NCBI RefSeq assembly: GCF_000143415.4
Contig: NW_003314369.1
Span: 248,001-312,000, forward strand
Length of the DNA stretch: 64,000 bases
Origin: Selaginella moellendorffii
Lineage: Eukaryota; Plantae; Lycopodiophyta
Reading direction: 5' to 3'
Shown: in pieces, positions 33,773 through 47,218 of the stretch
Numbering within the stretch: the stretch's first letter is position 1
How the letters are laid out: each line of letters opens with the position of its first letter
The notes under the pieces: model-generated
Database searches by the model: none
Told to the model about the DNA's origin: nothing
Seen by the model: the letters and a program-made list of their open reading frames with translations, nothing else
Program-made: the position numbers and the translations under genes

Positions 33773-33947
33773 ATAATCAGTTACATAGAGGGAGAGGAAG
33801 AAGGAGGAGGAGGCTTGTTGGGTGACAGAAGAAGCGCTGACGAATACAAGCGTGGAGGCTACCACCCATTCTGCATTGGCGATAGCTTGTCGGGTGCGCG
33901 ATACATCTAGGTGACGGCGTGGCTCCCCTGGGACACCCAGCAAAAGG
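33773..33947 (+). pseudogene. SRPK-like kinase 5' fragment (first 96 bp also at 32827-32922)
   Basis: DEYKRGGYHPFCIGDSLSGARYI, then TAWLPWDTQQK followed by a GT donor. Confidence 0.7.
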
Positions 33948-33976
33948 TTTGTCTTTCCTTGCGACAGTTTGAGTTG

Positions 33977-34026
33977 CCACGCCCACTCTGTGGCGCTCCA
34001 CGTCCACTCTGTGGCGCTCCACGTCA
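33977..34026 (+). repeat. 21-bp tandem repeat preceding an AT-rich block
   Basis: ccactctgtggcgctccacgt x2. Confidence 0.8.
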
Positions 34027-34477
34027 CGCCCAGTCAACTAAAGGTTTAAATTGTTAATGGGTATATTAATGAGTGCTATAATTTATAAGCCTTGTTTTAG
34101 GTTTTTCCTCTGGTTACTTCTTATATTTTAATTATATTTTGTTTCTTGTTTTATTTGGTTACTTCTTATATTTTCTTAATTTTATTTGTTTCATATGCTG
34201 TCCAGTTAGCAACATACTGTTTTTTGAGTGTTATAATTTTATTATATTAAAAACTAAAATTGGAATAGTATAAAAATATATTGTATTCCACTTTAAAAGA
34301 AGAATTTAGGGAAATTATGCCCAGAAAATGTTAGGTGAATACAAAATTCAATTCTTGTAAACTTGATAATATAAATATTTAGAACAAAAATTATATTTTT
34401 AGGCATAAGTAAGAATAAATATTCATTAATAATAATATTAGATACAAATTATATGAGGTTGTGATGTCGAGTTATTT

Positions 34478-34952
34478 TCAACAAATGTGTTGTTGGCAGA
34501 TTGGACATTCATCCTTTGATCCTTTGATAACTTGGAGAAAATGAAGAGAACGATGACCAAAGTTTAAAGTCAAGAGAGAAAAGAGAGATTTTTACCTTCA
34601 GGATACACTGCACGCAAAAGGTATGGCTGCAGTCCAGTTTGGATGGCTCTACGCAGTGCTCTGGACGAAGAACAGGAAGAAACGAAGTAAGCTTGGATTG
34701 TTACAATAATTTGCAAGAGTGGGACTTACTGAGACAAATGCAGCAAATGATGTCGTTGTGCAGCGGTGTGAGGTTGAAAACTTCATTGAGATCCAGCCCC
34801 ATCATCTTATCTTCAATTGACAGAGATGGAGGTTGATCGTGGTGTTCTTCCGGTATGTGCGAGTTGGAAGAGTTCTCGCTGTGATGCGGGCTGGCGAATG
34901 GACTCTCGGGAAGGTTGTGTCCATTCCCATCGGCGCCGCTAGAAGTTTCCAA
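34478..34952 (-). CDS. RING-HC (C3HC4) finger gene or fragment, multi-exon; 5' end unresolved
   Basis: CCICL|KHCVEPSKLDCSHTFCVQCILK|DECPICQQHIC-stop assembled across two GT-AG introns. Confidence 0.6.
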
Positions 34953-35364
34953 AGTGAGTAATCAAGTTCTATTATATGACTGTGACTTATGTCACAAGAT
35001 CTTCGTCGTATTTGTGCGTAGCATCATCGTCAGGAAGTGGATGAAGAGCTTCACTCTCATTGTTCTCTGGAACTGCTGCATATCTGCTTGATCATTTCGA
35101 AAACTTAGCACCAGAGAAGATCCAAACAAAAAAAATCCAACCTTCCAGTGTTAGCACGGCTTCGTTCATCCCATTCCCATGGCTGCTGCTACTGCTACTG
35201 CCACTGTTGTTATGCTCCATGATTCGTGGAGTTCCAGGAACCTTGGGGGAGTCCAAGCTAACGTGAACTCCATTGAGGTTGGTCATGGAAGCAGTGCTGT
35301 TTAGCTTCCTGTCTTGCTCGTCGAGCAGTAGTAACTTTGTGGTTGTCACAGCCTCTGCAGCCCT

Positions 35365-35690
35365 TACCTCGGCAGCACAGGCTCGAAGCGAATCTTGTAG
35401 ATGTGATTGCAGATGTAGATGTTGTCAGGCTTCATGTCCAGGTGAGCGAGGCTGTGCCGAGTGTATGTGCTTCAAAGCGTTTAAGAGCTGCTGTGCATTA
35501 CAAACTAAGAAAATAACACAATTGAGCTGCTTACTTGAAACATCGCCTCAGTCAGCTTCTTCTCCGCGAATGTCCATGCAAGGCTCGTCCTGAAATCACC
35601 TTGTCCCATTTTCTGACAGTGGAGTAAGAATGAAGATCATATAAATTCTACACATCACAAATACCTTGATTTGATGGAACTCCTCACATT
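35365..35690 (-). pseudogene. WEE1-like kinase remnant
   Basis: EEFHQIK|KMGQGDF, then (internal deletion) FAEKKLTEAMFQ|LLNALKHIHS (frameshift) LAHLDMKPDNIYI; no DFG. Confidence 0.7.
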
Positions 35691-36419
35691 AACGCGATGA
35701 AGAGCCAAAAGCAGAGACATATCTTGTATGAGAATACCAAAGTTATGAAAGAAGAATGAAAAATAACAACATACCATACCTAGCTCTCTTGGGTAAGAAG
35801 AACAGAACAAACAAAAGCTGAATGAGTGTTTAAGATTGTCAAATCAAAGCTAGACATACCACTTCTTGGTCTTTTGATCCGTAGAGGCATCAAACCCACA
35901 GGGAATAGCTTTGAGATTTGAGCATCATGGTCTCGTTGCCAATATTTCTCCTGCAGAAAGAAAACCAAAAAAGAAAAGAAAAATGTTAAGTTGAGAGCAT
36001 AAGAAAGTGAAAACTTGCAATGGGGTTCTCAGGAGCAAAGACACCAGTGTTGACACAGCATCTCCAATTTGGATCGCAAATCGGCAGCAGCAGCAGGGGC
36101 TCTCTTGCCATCTCATAAACCCTAGAAAAACATAACAAAACCAATTAGTTCGACAGACCACGACGGTTAACACATTGAATGTGACACGCATCGCTGCGCC
36201 TTCCTCTCCTGCCCCATGTGGCTTGGCTGCCTCCCATTGGCCAGGAGCAAACATCAATGCAATTATTCTCAAACACGTGGTTAAAGAAATAACCCCTTTA
36301 CAATTACCCCCCATCGGACGGCTGCGATTAGCTGGATCCAGCAGCCCAGAAAATTTGGCAACTCCTCTTTATTGTGATAGATGAGCACCACAAGCACCAT
36401 AAGCATCATAAATATCATA

Positions 36420-37150
36420 GAGATGATTGAGTAAATCATTACAGCATATATACTCTTTGCCTGAGCGATGGGAATCTTCTTGTCCAAAATGCTCTCTTTG
36501 CAGCATAGACCATGATTTGTGTTAAATTCAAGGATGTTTCAAAGATGGCATTCCAAACAAAAACAAGTGATTATGAGTTTTTTGTGATGTAGTTTAGTTT
36601 GACAAATGCCCCTATAACTTTTCAAATCAAGTTATATAATTTTTGCTTAGGGAAGTTTGTAATTAATTATTTTAATAATATCCTAGTATTCAACCCTACC
36701 ATGGAGGAATATAACATGCACATGCAAAGCATTTTGCAACTCTTTAGGCACAACAAACTCAACTTGAAATGATCTAAGTGTGAGTTTTCTTAGAGGAAAT
36801 TAGATATTTCAAACATTTAATTTTAGTGCATAGTGTGAGAGATTGTCATTGACTAGCCTATACCTTTGACAATGGATGATCTTTGTAATTTCCTTTGTAT
36901 GGTTAGTTACACCCTTGATTGATCTTCTCTAGAATATATCGATACATGCTATTATTCATGGTTGAAATATAAATGATGTTTCAATGATTGAAGCAATATT
37001 GTGATTTGCTCCCGTAAATGTTAAATGATGTTTCAATAATTGAAGCAAGATTTAGATTTGCTCTCATGTTGAAGGTTTTGGATCTAAGAAGCCTTTTGTG
37101 AGTGACATTGCTATTAATCTAAGAAGCTTTTTGTGAGTGATGTTCTTATT
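36420..37150 (+). mobile_element. Highly degraded Ty3/Gypsy reverse-transcriptase remnant
   Basis: KMAFQTKTSDYEFFVM*FSLTNAPITF, NILVF, *SKCEF. Confidence 0.75.
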
Positions 37151-37429
37151 AAGGCCAAGTAGGGAAAGAATGAAGCTTAGTTCCACTTGGTAAAGTGTAA
37201 CTTAATAAGTTTAGACTTCCAAAGGGATCAAACTAGCCTAGCAAAGAAAGAGTGAAGCTTGACTCCAATTGATATAATATAACCTCATGAGTTTAGACTT
37301 CCAAAGAGATCATCTACCCAATATTATTTGGACTTCCTAGACATTAACCCAATTGTAAGGATCTAACTCTCTAAGGTGTTGTAAGTTAAAGGATCCTTAA
37401 AACCACAATCAGAATGATAAAGTATTAAT

Positions 37430-37790
37430 TGAATGAGATCAACTCCGAGACCAAATTCAAAGCTGAGTCCAAGATCAAGTTCGAGACCAAGTCCAAGATA
37501 TAAGATTAGATCCGAGACCAAAACTGAGATCGAGTCCGAGAACGAGTCTGAGGTCGGGTTCGAGACTGAGTATGAGGTTGGGTTTGAGACTGAGTTTGAG
37601 GTCGGGTTCAAGACCGAGTCTGAGGTTGGCTTCAAAACCGAGTTTGAGGTCAGGTCCAAAATCAAGTATCAAGTTCGAGATCGAGTCCATGGTCAGGTTC
37701 GAGATTGAGTTTGAGGCTGAGTCTAAGATCGAGTCTGAGGCCGAGTTTGAGATTGAGTTTAAAATCAAGTCTAAGACTAAGTATGAATAC
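37430..37790 (+). repeat. Degenerate minisatellite in the old 5' LTR (also 58700-58860)
   Basis: gagactgagtttgag-type units. Confidence 0.8.
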
Positions 37791-38304
37791 TAATATAGGT
37801 TGTGGGGTGAAAGCCTAAAGCATATGTTTCTCGGGGGGGGGGGGGGGGGGGGGGGCGCCTATAGGGGGTTCCAAAAGTATAGTAGGGATAGTGAGGTTCA
37901 AGAACTAGTCTTGAAAGAACTCTTTAGTGGTACTTCTAAATTGACTTGAGGTTGAGATTGGGGGTTAAGGGCCTCAGGTGGGAGTGAGCATGGAGTTGGG
38001 TGGTGTTAAAGAGGCCACCCAAAGAAGTGTTTAAAAGCAACTCCCACTCCCGAAAGAGAAATTGATTGTAGGGCTTTTGGCTCATATGGAATGGTGCCTC
38101 ACTTAAGTATCTTATGACTCATTAGTCCTCACTCCTTCCTAGGGGCTTAGGCCTTCCCTTTTGGATGGAAGTGGGGGAGTAAGGGTACCTATACCAGGTC
38201 ATTATGCCATGGTGTTTCCCTCTAAGGTCTTGAAGCAAGTGATGCACCAAAGGCTTGGGATTTAAAGGGTTTAATGATTAAGTTTTATTATACCAAAAGA
38301 TGTT

Positions 38305-38976
38305 TGTAGCGCACTCTATTTCTCTCCCCTTAAGCCAATTGGAAAAGGGACAATTGCTTGATGAAAGAGCTCTTAGTAACTATTTTATCCCCATTTATCC
38401 CCCAAGATTCTAAGGATCCACAGTGGTAGTATATCCAAATCTCATCTCATGATCACATGGGCTACACTCACCCCCCTTCAGAGATGTCAATGTCCTCATT
38501 GATTATTGACTAACAACCCCTACTGAGCCTAGAGGAACCAACACCTTCATTTCCACACTAAATTTACCAATCCTTCCATTGTGTAGATTAATTATTTCAT
38601 GTGAAGCAATTAGTCATTCATTCGTACTGTAGTTTCATAGTGGATACCTTCGTCCGTGGATGCTCCACCAAGAGGAAGGATGTACACATGGATGCCCAAT
38701 ACATACGATTTTAAATTTAGGGGTAGGAATATACCTTGTTCAAAGGTATATTATATTTTTAAGTAGCCACTAATTAATGGGAATTGAACACATGTCATTT
38801 GCTTCGATACCACATGTAGTGCACCCTATCTTTCTCCTCTTAAGCCAATTAGAAAAGGGACAATTGTTTGATGAGAGAGCTCTTAGTGGTTATTTTATTC
38901 CCATTTATCCCCCAAAGTTCCAATGATCCACAGTGATAATATATCCAAATCTTATCCCATGATTACATACGTTACA
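38305..38976 (-). mobile_element. TRIM inserted in the old 5' LTR
   Basis: 162-bp LTRs at 38305-38466 and 38815-38976 (TGTAG..TACA), PBS TGGTATCGAAGC, PPT GAAGGGGGGTGAG, TSD atgtt/atatt. Confidence 0.85.
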
Positions 38977-39535
38977 ATATTAAAAACGTAGAGGCTTGGT
39001 GTGCTTGGCTGCTTGTGATTGCGGGGAGCGTAACTAAACCTTAAATCCAATTTAACTTGGTGAGGGAGATTGGGAGAGAATTTGGGAATCCGTGGATGGA
39101 TGGTTAATGCTCTGTTATTCGTGTAGTGAGTAGTTAAAACCAAGTAGGACCAAGTAAGAGTTGGTACAATAAGCAAGAACCTTGACAAAAGAACTTAACT
39201 AAGGCCAAAGTAGTGGTGGTTAGATAGACAAGGTAAGATAGTAAATTGGAAAAGAAAAATTTGTGGTTTATAATTTAGTATTGGAGCTTGTTCCTTAGTT
39301 TTAGCGAAGGATAGAGGCGGATTTTTGGGAGATGGCTAAGGCAAGGCATAAAAGAACTAAGGCAAAGACGAAAATTCCTTCGGAGCTAGAGTGTTCGGTT
39401 GAATAAAAAGCTATAGATGAGGAATCTTTGCATGAGGAGGATTCTAGTAAGGAAACTTCCACACAGGAGTTTGGTGGGGAGGTTTAGTTAGCACAAACTA
39501 ATGCTCTACTAGAGACCCTTGTACGCAAGCTAAAA

Positions 39536-40556
39536 TGTGACAAAAAGCAGAAAAAAAAGGTAAAAGATTATAAATTGTCGCGAATGTGACTTCGGGTATC
39601 GAAAGATATTTGTCGACCAGTTCTTATAGACACTCTTTCCTTACTGCCATGATGGCAAGAGGTCGGTATTGCTATACCCTTTATCAGTCCCTCTTGTGCT
39701 AGTGGAGTTAACTGGGCAATTTGAGTGTACTTAGACCGGACGAGCATAAGGACGGAATTCCTACGTGTTATTATCTAAGCATACTTAGCTCAGTAAGGAG
39801 TTCCCATCTCGTTTTGTCTTGCACTTGCTAGTGACAAGAACCCTTGCGTATTGAGACTAGTCCCTCAATATCGCTATATGATATCTTACTGTGTCTGCTA
39901 AACACCCTCGCTATCATACCTTTTGTGTTAGTCTCATTTCAGTCCCAAATGCTATTTATGGAAAGTGTCTAGATTCGCTCATTTGGCATATCTACGGAAT
40001 GTAGAAATCGGCCTGAACACAATAGTGTTCGTCCCGTGTCCAAATTCACAATCTAGCGCCATTCTATAATTAGTAAGTTTTGAGCTTGTCCCAGAGATTA
40101 ACTCCTGATACTAAGGGAGGTGGGTCTAAACCCAAGTTCTATTCCATGTTAGCTGGTGGAGTACTTATGTCCTTGCGTTAGGCCACTGGTATGCTGAAAT
40201 AGCACCAGACTCTGTTTGGCTCTGTTTTGCATACTAGTCCTGGCATTGGGATGCTAGTTGCTCCAGGACTGTTCCAAGCTGCTCCGAGCTCCTGTCCCTT
40301 CGTTCCTTGGGCTGTATGCTCGGGAGTTGCTCCGTGGACCATCACTCCTTGGCTTCATGCTTGGGAATTTGGCACTGTTCCTTTGTTTAGTGGCCCAAGG
40401 CTCTGAACCTCGGGTTCCGCACCACTATCATATGGACACGTGGTATGTGACATGTGGCATGTGTCACATGGCATAAAAAGGGTTTAGGTTCTGCTTCGTG
40501 GTGTTATCCTATGGTAAACCACCATAGGATAAAGGGTAAAAACCACGTGCGCTACA
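39536..40556. mobile_element. Probable solo LTR of another family inserted in gag
   Basis: TG...CA ends flanked by taaaa/taaat. Removing it restores the in-frame gag LVRKLNVGSAEGMDPL. Confidence 0.6.
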
Positions 40557-41209
40557 TAAATGTTGGTAGTGCAGAAGGTATGGACCCTTTGGCGAGGACT
40601 AAAGAGGAATTGAATAATGTTGAACAAATCAAAGTAAAATTAGTCCCTTAAGCAGTTCCTAAATACAAACCAAAAGCCCCATCAATCTTTAAGAGAGTGA
40701 ATAACTATAAAATGGTGGAAGATTAGTTTTACAATATAGAGAATTAGTTTTGAGCGTTGTGGTTACCAAGCTTAGAAAATGTCTCATGTGCAAAACCATG
40801 CTTAGTAAATAATGTTAAGTCTCAGTGGAAAATAACAACTGCTAACGAAGGACCAGTGGCCACTTGGGAAATGATGAATGTGAGGATTTGTGTAATCTAT
40901 ATTCCTTTAAATGCTACTCTACACCTAAGAGATGAGTTGAGTAAACTAAAGCAGACAAGAACCATTTAAGAGTATGTGAATGGGTTTATGGCCAAAAGGA
41001 TCCTTGTCATGGACATGAGTAACATGGATGCATTCCATGCTTTCATATCAGATTTACAAACTTGGGTTCAAAGTAAGGTGATGCATTGGAACTTGACCAA
41101 CTATAAGAAAACATTAGATGCATTTAGTAAGATGCATTTCAATTATAATCTGTGAAAAGGGAACACAATAAGGTCAATTCAACAAAGGAGCTAAACCAAA
41201 GGGGACGTA

Positions 41210-44200
41210 AAAAAAATGATTGGCGTGTTAGGGCATGGAGGAGCATAGCATCCAGCACCATGGCTGCCGTGATCAGAGGTGCGGCCAGAGGAGGGAGAGC
41301 TCAAAGGGGAGAGCGCCCAATCTCCCCACAATTGCTACCGACGGTGGGGGCATCCGTCGTGAGATTCAGGGAAGAATCACTCCAGAATCTCTTTGTTTTT
41401 TGTTTTACCCTGCTTTGTCTAGGATGGAACGTCGTCCAGCACCCAGCAGCAGTGGAGGATGAACCAAGCCCCAGCCATTTGCACCTGGAAGAGGCGCTAG
41501 AGGCTGTGGCCTCAGCATCTGACTGCCCTAGGGAGGGATGCTGAAGGGAAGAGTTGCCAACAACAAAACCCCAATCACTGGAAAGAGGACATCGCTGGGC
41601 TCTCCGGGGACAGTGAGAAGCTAGGTTCAAGTGGCACGGCAGGAAGCAGTGAGCACACTGTCAGTGATCAAACAGGCTCGAGGCAAAAATCACACCACAT
41701 AGAAAGTGATTACCTTGTAGAGTGTGTTGCCGTGGATCTGCATGAAGAGGTCGTGCAGGGTACCAGGGAGATGATGATTAGGGCTCAGCACACTTGTCAA
41801 CTTCTCAAAGAATTGGCAGACACACCAAAGGATATGCTGGAAAAACTAGTCTCACTAGAACAGGATGGTGGTGCACACAGAAGTAGCTTGGCCACCAAGG
41901 AGGAGCCACCAGCACCAAGTACAGTCCTTGAGCCCGGTTCAGGACGTCTTGGGAACCAATAGGAAGAAGAGGAGACATTGGACGAGGTGATCCTACCTGG
42001 AAACACAGGAGTGGTGATGCACAAGTCACTAGAGGAGGAGCTGCGCAAGAGTAGGGACAAAGTAGGAGAGCAGAAGCCTTCAAGGGCACAAGGACCTGGG
42101 CCAGGGACGTCTCAACCAGCCTCACCACCCATGCAGCATAGTTCCCTAGTACAGCAAAGCTGTGTGTTGAACAGAGAAGTACAGGAAGTAAGTGGATTCC
42201 TAGGCTTGGGTGATCTAGCCAGTGGAGACGGACCACGTGAAGAGGTGGCCACAAGCAGAGTTCTGGACTTGAACTTCCTCACCCCCATCACTGAGCGCAC
42301 AGGACTTAGAGTGGCTCTCAACATGGGGAAGATGGAATCCAAGTAAGAACAGGAGCGGCATCACCACTAGGGCAGCAGCAGCAGCGATGAGGGCAGCCAC
42401 GGTTGTGGAGATACTAATAGGTCGTCATGCACAAGAGTCAAGGGTGGATCCAGAAGAAGAGAAGGGCTTGGAGACACCAAACAACCAGATGGGAGGGCAT
42501 AGGGAATCGCCGGAGGTGCACAAGACAGAGGTAGAGGAACAGGTCTAGGGGGAAGAGGTGAGCCGCTGTCTCACTAGGGCCACAAGTGAAAGTCAGGGCC
42601 AGTCCAAGAGGGGGCCACTCAGCTAGAAGTTCGTTCACAGGTGCCTCTGGATCTGACCAACAAGGTGAGAACATCTCTGCTGGGCTCTCCAGTGAAGTCG
42701 GTGGGATCTCAACTCAAGAGTAGGACGTCTCTCAGTCATCACCTTGACTGGGAGCCCTAGCTATTGGTGCTGCAACAATGTATGCCACACTAGACAGAAC
42801 AATGGGACCCCCAAACCTTTGTGAAGGCTTTGCAAGATGCCACTCAGGACGAAGTTCAACTCCACCAAGACATACTCACTGCAGAAGTATGGCACTAGGA
42901 GACGCACCCCAAGGGAGAAGACCGAACTCTTGGCCCTCCTCTCAAGGAGGCCCTCGATCTTGCGACAGAGGCACTAGTGACACCAAGAGCACACAAACAG
43001 CCAGGAGTCCCACCAAACTAAGGTGCAAGAGGAAGTGACAAGCACGTGGAAGAAACAAGAGGAGCAGGAATTGGATCAACAAAGGGACCAAGACAAGGAG
43101 ATCCTAGAAGCCAGCGAACAGGTAGAGACACAAAAGGAGGAATTAATTCTGGGCAAAAGAGAGAAGCCACTGGCGCTACTGTTGGAAGAGCAGGAGGAGG
43201 AGATGAAGCGAATGGGACAGGAGAGGGAAAGAGAGGCCAAAAAGAACAAGATGGAGAAAAAGAAAGAATGCAAGGAGGCGCGCAGGAAATTAAAGTCCCA
43301 AAGTAGCTCAAAGGAGGCCCTCGCATGGGCAAAGGAGGTGGAGGAGTTCCTCCACGAGGAGGAAATGCACTCTGAAGAGGACCAAGGACAGCAGAAGAAT
43401 AGCGCAGCAAAAGGAAAAGCATAGGGAGCCTCGACAGGACGTGGCTGGGAAAAGGTGGAAGACAAGTGTCAGACTGCACCACGCCAAAGCCCGGAGGACC
43501 CAGGAGAGCAAGGTGACTTGGGAAGTGAGCAGGAACAAGAAGCTACTCCACACAAGGAAAGGTGGTAAAGGAAATCCTGCACACAGAAGCCTCTAAGACA
43601 GAGCCTCGCACTGGAGATTCAGGGAAACAAGTTGGAACAGCGCTAGATGCCAAGGTGACAGCAAAGGCACTCAAGCTGGGTGAGACACTCAGCTAGGTGG
43701 CGGCCAGAGAGGAAGAACTACACCATAGGGCAATGATTGCAGTATTCAAGGGGAAGTTTCCCACTGGCCGCATGGCCATGGACTGGTTGAATGCTACGTT
43801 GGAGCAGGGGATTACAATCAAGAACCTACTCCCACACGGACGTGGATGCTACACAATGGTGTTTGAGACGGAGGAGGCGCAAGCTCGGGCAGAGGTGCTA
43901 CATGGACTCATCGATGGTAGCTGGGCGGTGTCCTTTCACCTGTGGATTCCAAGGTTCACGGTAGATGACCATGCACGCCTGAAGGGGGGAAGTGTCCCAC
44001 TTAACATGGCGTTGTGGGACATCCCAATGGAGATGAGGATCAAAGAGGTGATAAGGGAGCTTGTCGAGGGAAGCATCGGGCAAATTGCCTCGGGCCTAGA
44101 CACTGTGGATGTAGAGGGCATCTTGGGCCCTATCAGACTTAAGGTCTTTGTCTCGTCCCCAGCAGAGCTCCCTACGGAGATAGCAGTCCTGGGACAGTAC

Positions 44201-46820
44201 GTTCATATACAGGTGGAAAACGCAGCACCACGCTATGGTTTTTGCCTACAGTCCGGGCATAGCAAGAACGCGTGCAAGACTAAACGTCCCAAGCTTGCTC
44301 TAGGACATCCCTTTGAACTCCTAGAGGCTGTGGAGAAGCAACTAAATCAGCATCCTCTAGAGTAGGCTCCACACATCTGGTTGCCAAGCACACCACCTTT
44401 CTTTGGACCTGATTCACGGCCCAGAATGTTCAAGAGCCCGATTGCTGAAAAAGATGGTGAAGGTTTTCAGCAGGTTCTTCCTCGAACGGTGAACATGGCA
44501 GTCAGATGGATCCCACCCAGGAGAGAACTGACAACCACAGAGGCGGGAGACTGGCTGATGTACCGAGGGCACACGGCTTTCCCAAAGGTCATCACGCTTG
44601 GTGATTACCAGACCCAAATGGAACACGCCATCACGGAGTGGACAGGATTTTCAGAATACGCAGTGCGGGGCTTCTCCTGGACCAAGTGCAAGGGGAGGCT
44701 CACTGCAGTATGGACCATCTCCTCGGAATGGAGGGCTAGGCCTAGCAGCATGGTTTTCTCCTAGAAATATGTTGCCCCATGACTATGCTCACAGTGCTCA
44801 CGTGGAACTGTCGGGGACTTAGCTCCGACGACAGCAGACTCAACAAGATAGTGCAGCTCAAGTCCCACATCGGGGAGATTGGCTTAGAGGGGAGGATCGA
44901 CATACTGTGCATCCAAGAGCACAAGATAGTGAAGGCTCCCGACTTCAACCTGGGCATGTGCGGGAGAATTTGGTGGAATCCGGCCACGCAAGCGAGCCAT
45001 GGGAGGAGGACCCACGGTGGCTCTTCGTAGAAGGACCGACGCAGGTAGTGAGAGGGGGCAACTTCGTCTAGAGCCTTCATCGACTGTGGAGAGCCTTTCC
45101 ACTGGAGCAAACACCACCGACCAAGGCTGAGGAGTGGCTTAACCAACCTCTGTTCTTCAACACACTGTTCAAAATGGGAGGTGTGACATTGGGACGAGAG
45201 ACAAACCACATGATCTGGAGGAAAATGCATGCAAACAGATTCCGGACAATGAAGCAACTAGTGGGAGTGATTGATAGAGATTGGTGGCGAACAAGGAGAA
45301 GGACTCAAGTGTTTGGACCTTGGAAGCGACGTAACATCCTGCTGGATGTTCTGTGACTCCTCCAAGTGGTGAACAACACGAAAGCAGGGATGAAGTGGCC
45401 AAGAAGATGCCTTCAAGCAGGGGACTTTGTGGCGATCCAGCAGCAAACAGAGTGGGAGGAACACGATGTTGTGCGACGTCCGCTGGGGACGTGGACTCGA
45501 GCATTCACCGCGCCTACACCAGTATGGGAAGAAGGGGACGTTGAGGTGTGGTTCATCACCGCACCAGAGCACAACATAGGACTGCTGTTTTGCATCACGA
45601 GAGGAGACACGCTTCTCCTGATGGGTGAGAAACAAGAGATGCCAGATGTCACGGACGATGAGGTACATGGGAGGATTTGTGTGCTTAGGCAATCACCCAA
45701 GAGGCTGGACATGGTGGACTCAGAAGACCTACTGGAGGGCGATGGATCACTGATATGGTGGCGACAGCAGCTACTAGAAGATTTGGACTGGGACCCGGCC
45801 GCATGGCGATGAGGGACGGGAAGCTTTTTCTCCTATGTAGTCAAGGAAGCGCGGAATGGCCTATTGACATCGCGAGAGGAGGCAAGAGAAAAGATTCCAA
45901 AGCTGTGGCAGAAGTGGATAGCACAGGGGGTCGATGCGGAGCAAGTGGTGGACAACACGATTCACTTTTGGAAGTTGCCTATGCAGGAAAAAGTGAAAGT
46001 TACCTCATGGTTGATAGTGAACAACAGGCTTCTAGTTGTACAGCGATTCCAGGACAATGCGAGTCGCAGGTGCAGGGAGTGTGGCGAAATCGAGACAGTC
46101 AAGCATGTGCTGTGGGAGTGTGACACTGCAAAGGAGGTGTGGCGCCAGATTATTAAGGCAGGGAAGGAGCTAGGCGTGACATAGGATTTCGAGGCCTGCA
46201 GTGGGGACGTGCTCCACTGGTTCGAGGAAGCGAGGGGTCTTGCCTAGGGCCCAGCCTTGCGACACATCAGGTGCAGAGGACGACATGGCTAGGGGATTCA
46301 AGTCCGGTGGGACACAACCGGGGTGGAGGTAGGAGTCCCCGTGTGGGAGGCACTTGGCCAAGCTCGATGGGAGATATGGCATGCGACAGGAGTCCAAGCC
46401 CTTTGGGAAGCACGTAACCGAGCGCACTTCAATGGGACACACAGAGTATCACAGGTACTAGTAGAGTGGTGGAGACTTACACTGGTGGCAATACAGCTTC
46501 ACCATGCTATCCTCCGAGACAGGGGGAAGCTCGAGAGGCTCAAGGAGTGGCAGAAAGCATGGCTACTATGTTTTGGTAGAGGAGACCACAAGGATGTTCG
46601 TTGGAGATGGTGCCCCCCGGAGTCAATCTTGTGGTCAGCACAAAGGGGGGATGTGGATCTAGACACGATACGATGGAGACAATCGCAGCCACTTTTATTG
46701 CAAGCCTAGTCTCACTTTAGATGAGGGAGATCCCACTAGGTAGCATGAGATTCGGGCAGCATGCCCGGTTTTTGTATTAGTCCCTACAGGACATTGGGGA
46801 ATGTACATACACGTTTCACC
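41210..46820 (+). mobile_element. L1-like LINE, degenerate, with the RT domain deleted
   Basis: ORF1-like region with degenerate knuckle FCLQSGHSKNAC. ORF2 start LTWNCRGL...ILCIQEHK (APE endonuclease). C-terminal CRECGEIETVKHVLWEC and LWEARN. 17-bp TSD-like pair aaaccaaaggggacgta/aaactaaaagggacata. Confidence 0.85.
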
Positions 46821-47118
46821 AAACTAAAAGGGACATATGGCAAAAGGAAATTCAAGAACAGTTTCTCTAAAAATGAGTCTTTAGTGTTTTGGAAAGGCAG
46901 ATTTAGTGGCTAAAGAGCAAGTATGTGGGGGAGTCAGGAGAAAAGGGACAAATACACTAATAAAAAAATGAAGTTTACTAGCAATATGGGAAACAACATA
47001 TATTTCAATTGCGATGAAGCGGGACACTTCTTAAGAGAATGTCCCTACCCAAAGAAGGCCAAAGTCAATATGACTATTAAATTGGGTGAAATTTAAATTG
47101 AGATATGTGATCCAGTCC

Positions 47119-47218
47119 NNNNNNNNNNNNNNNNNNNNNNNNNNNNNNNNNNNNNNNNNNNNNNNNNNNNNNNNNNNNNNNNNNNNNNNNNNNNNNNNNN
47201 NNNNNNNNNNNNNNNNNN
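47119..47218. other. Assembly gap (100 N)
   Basis: N run. Confidence 1.
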
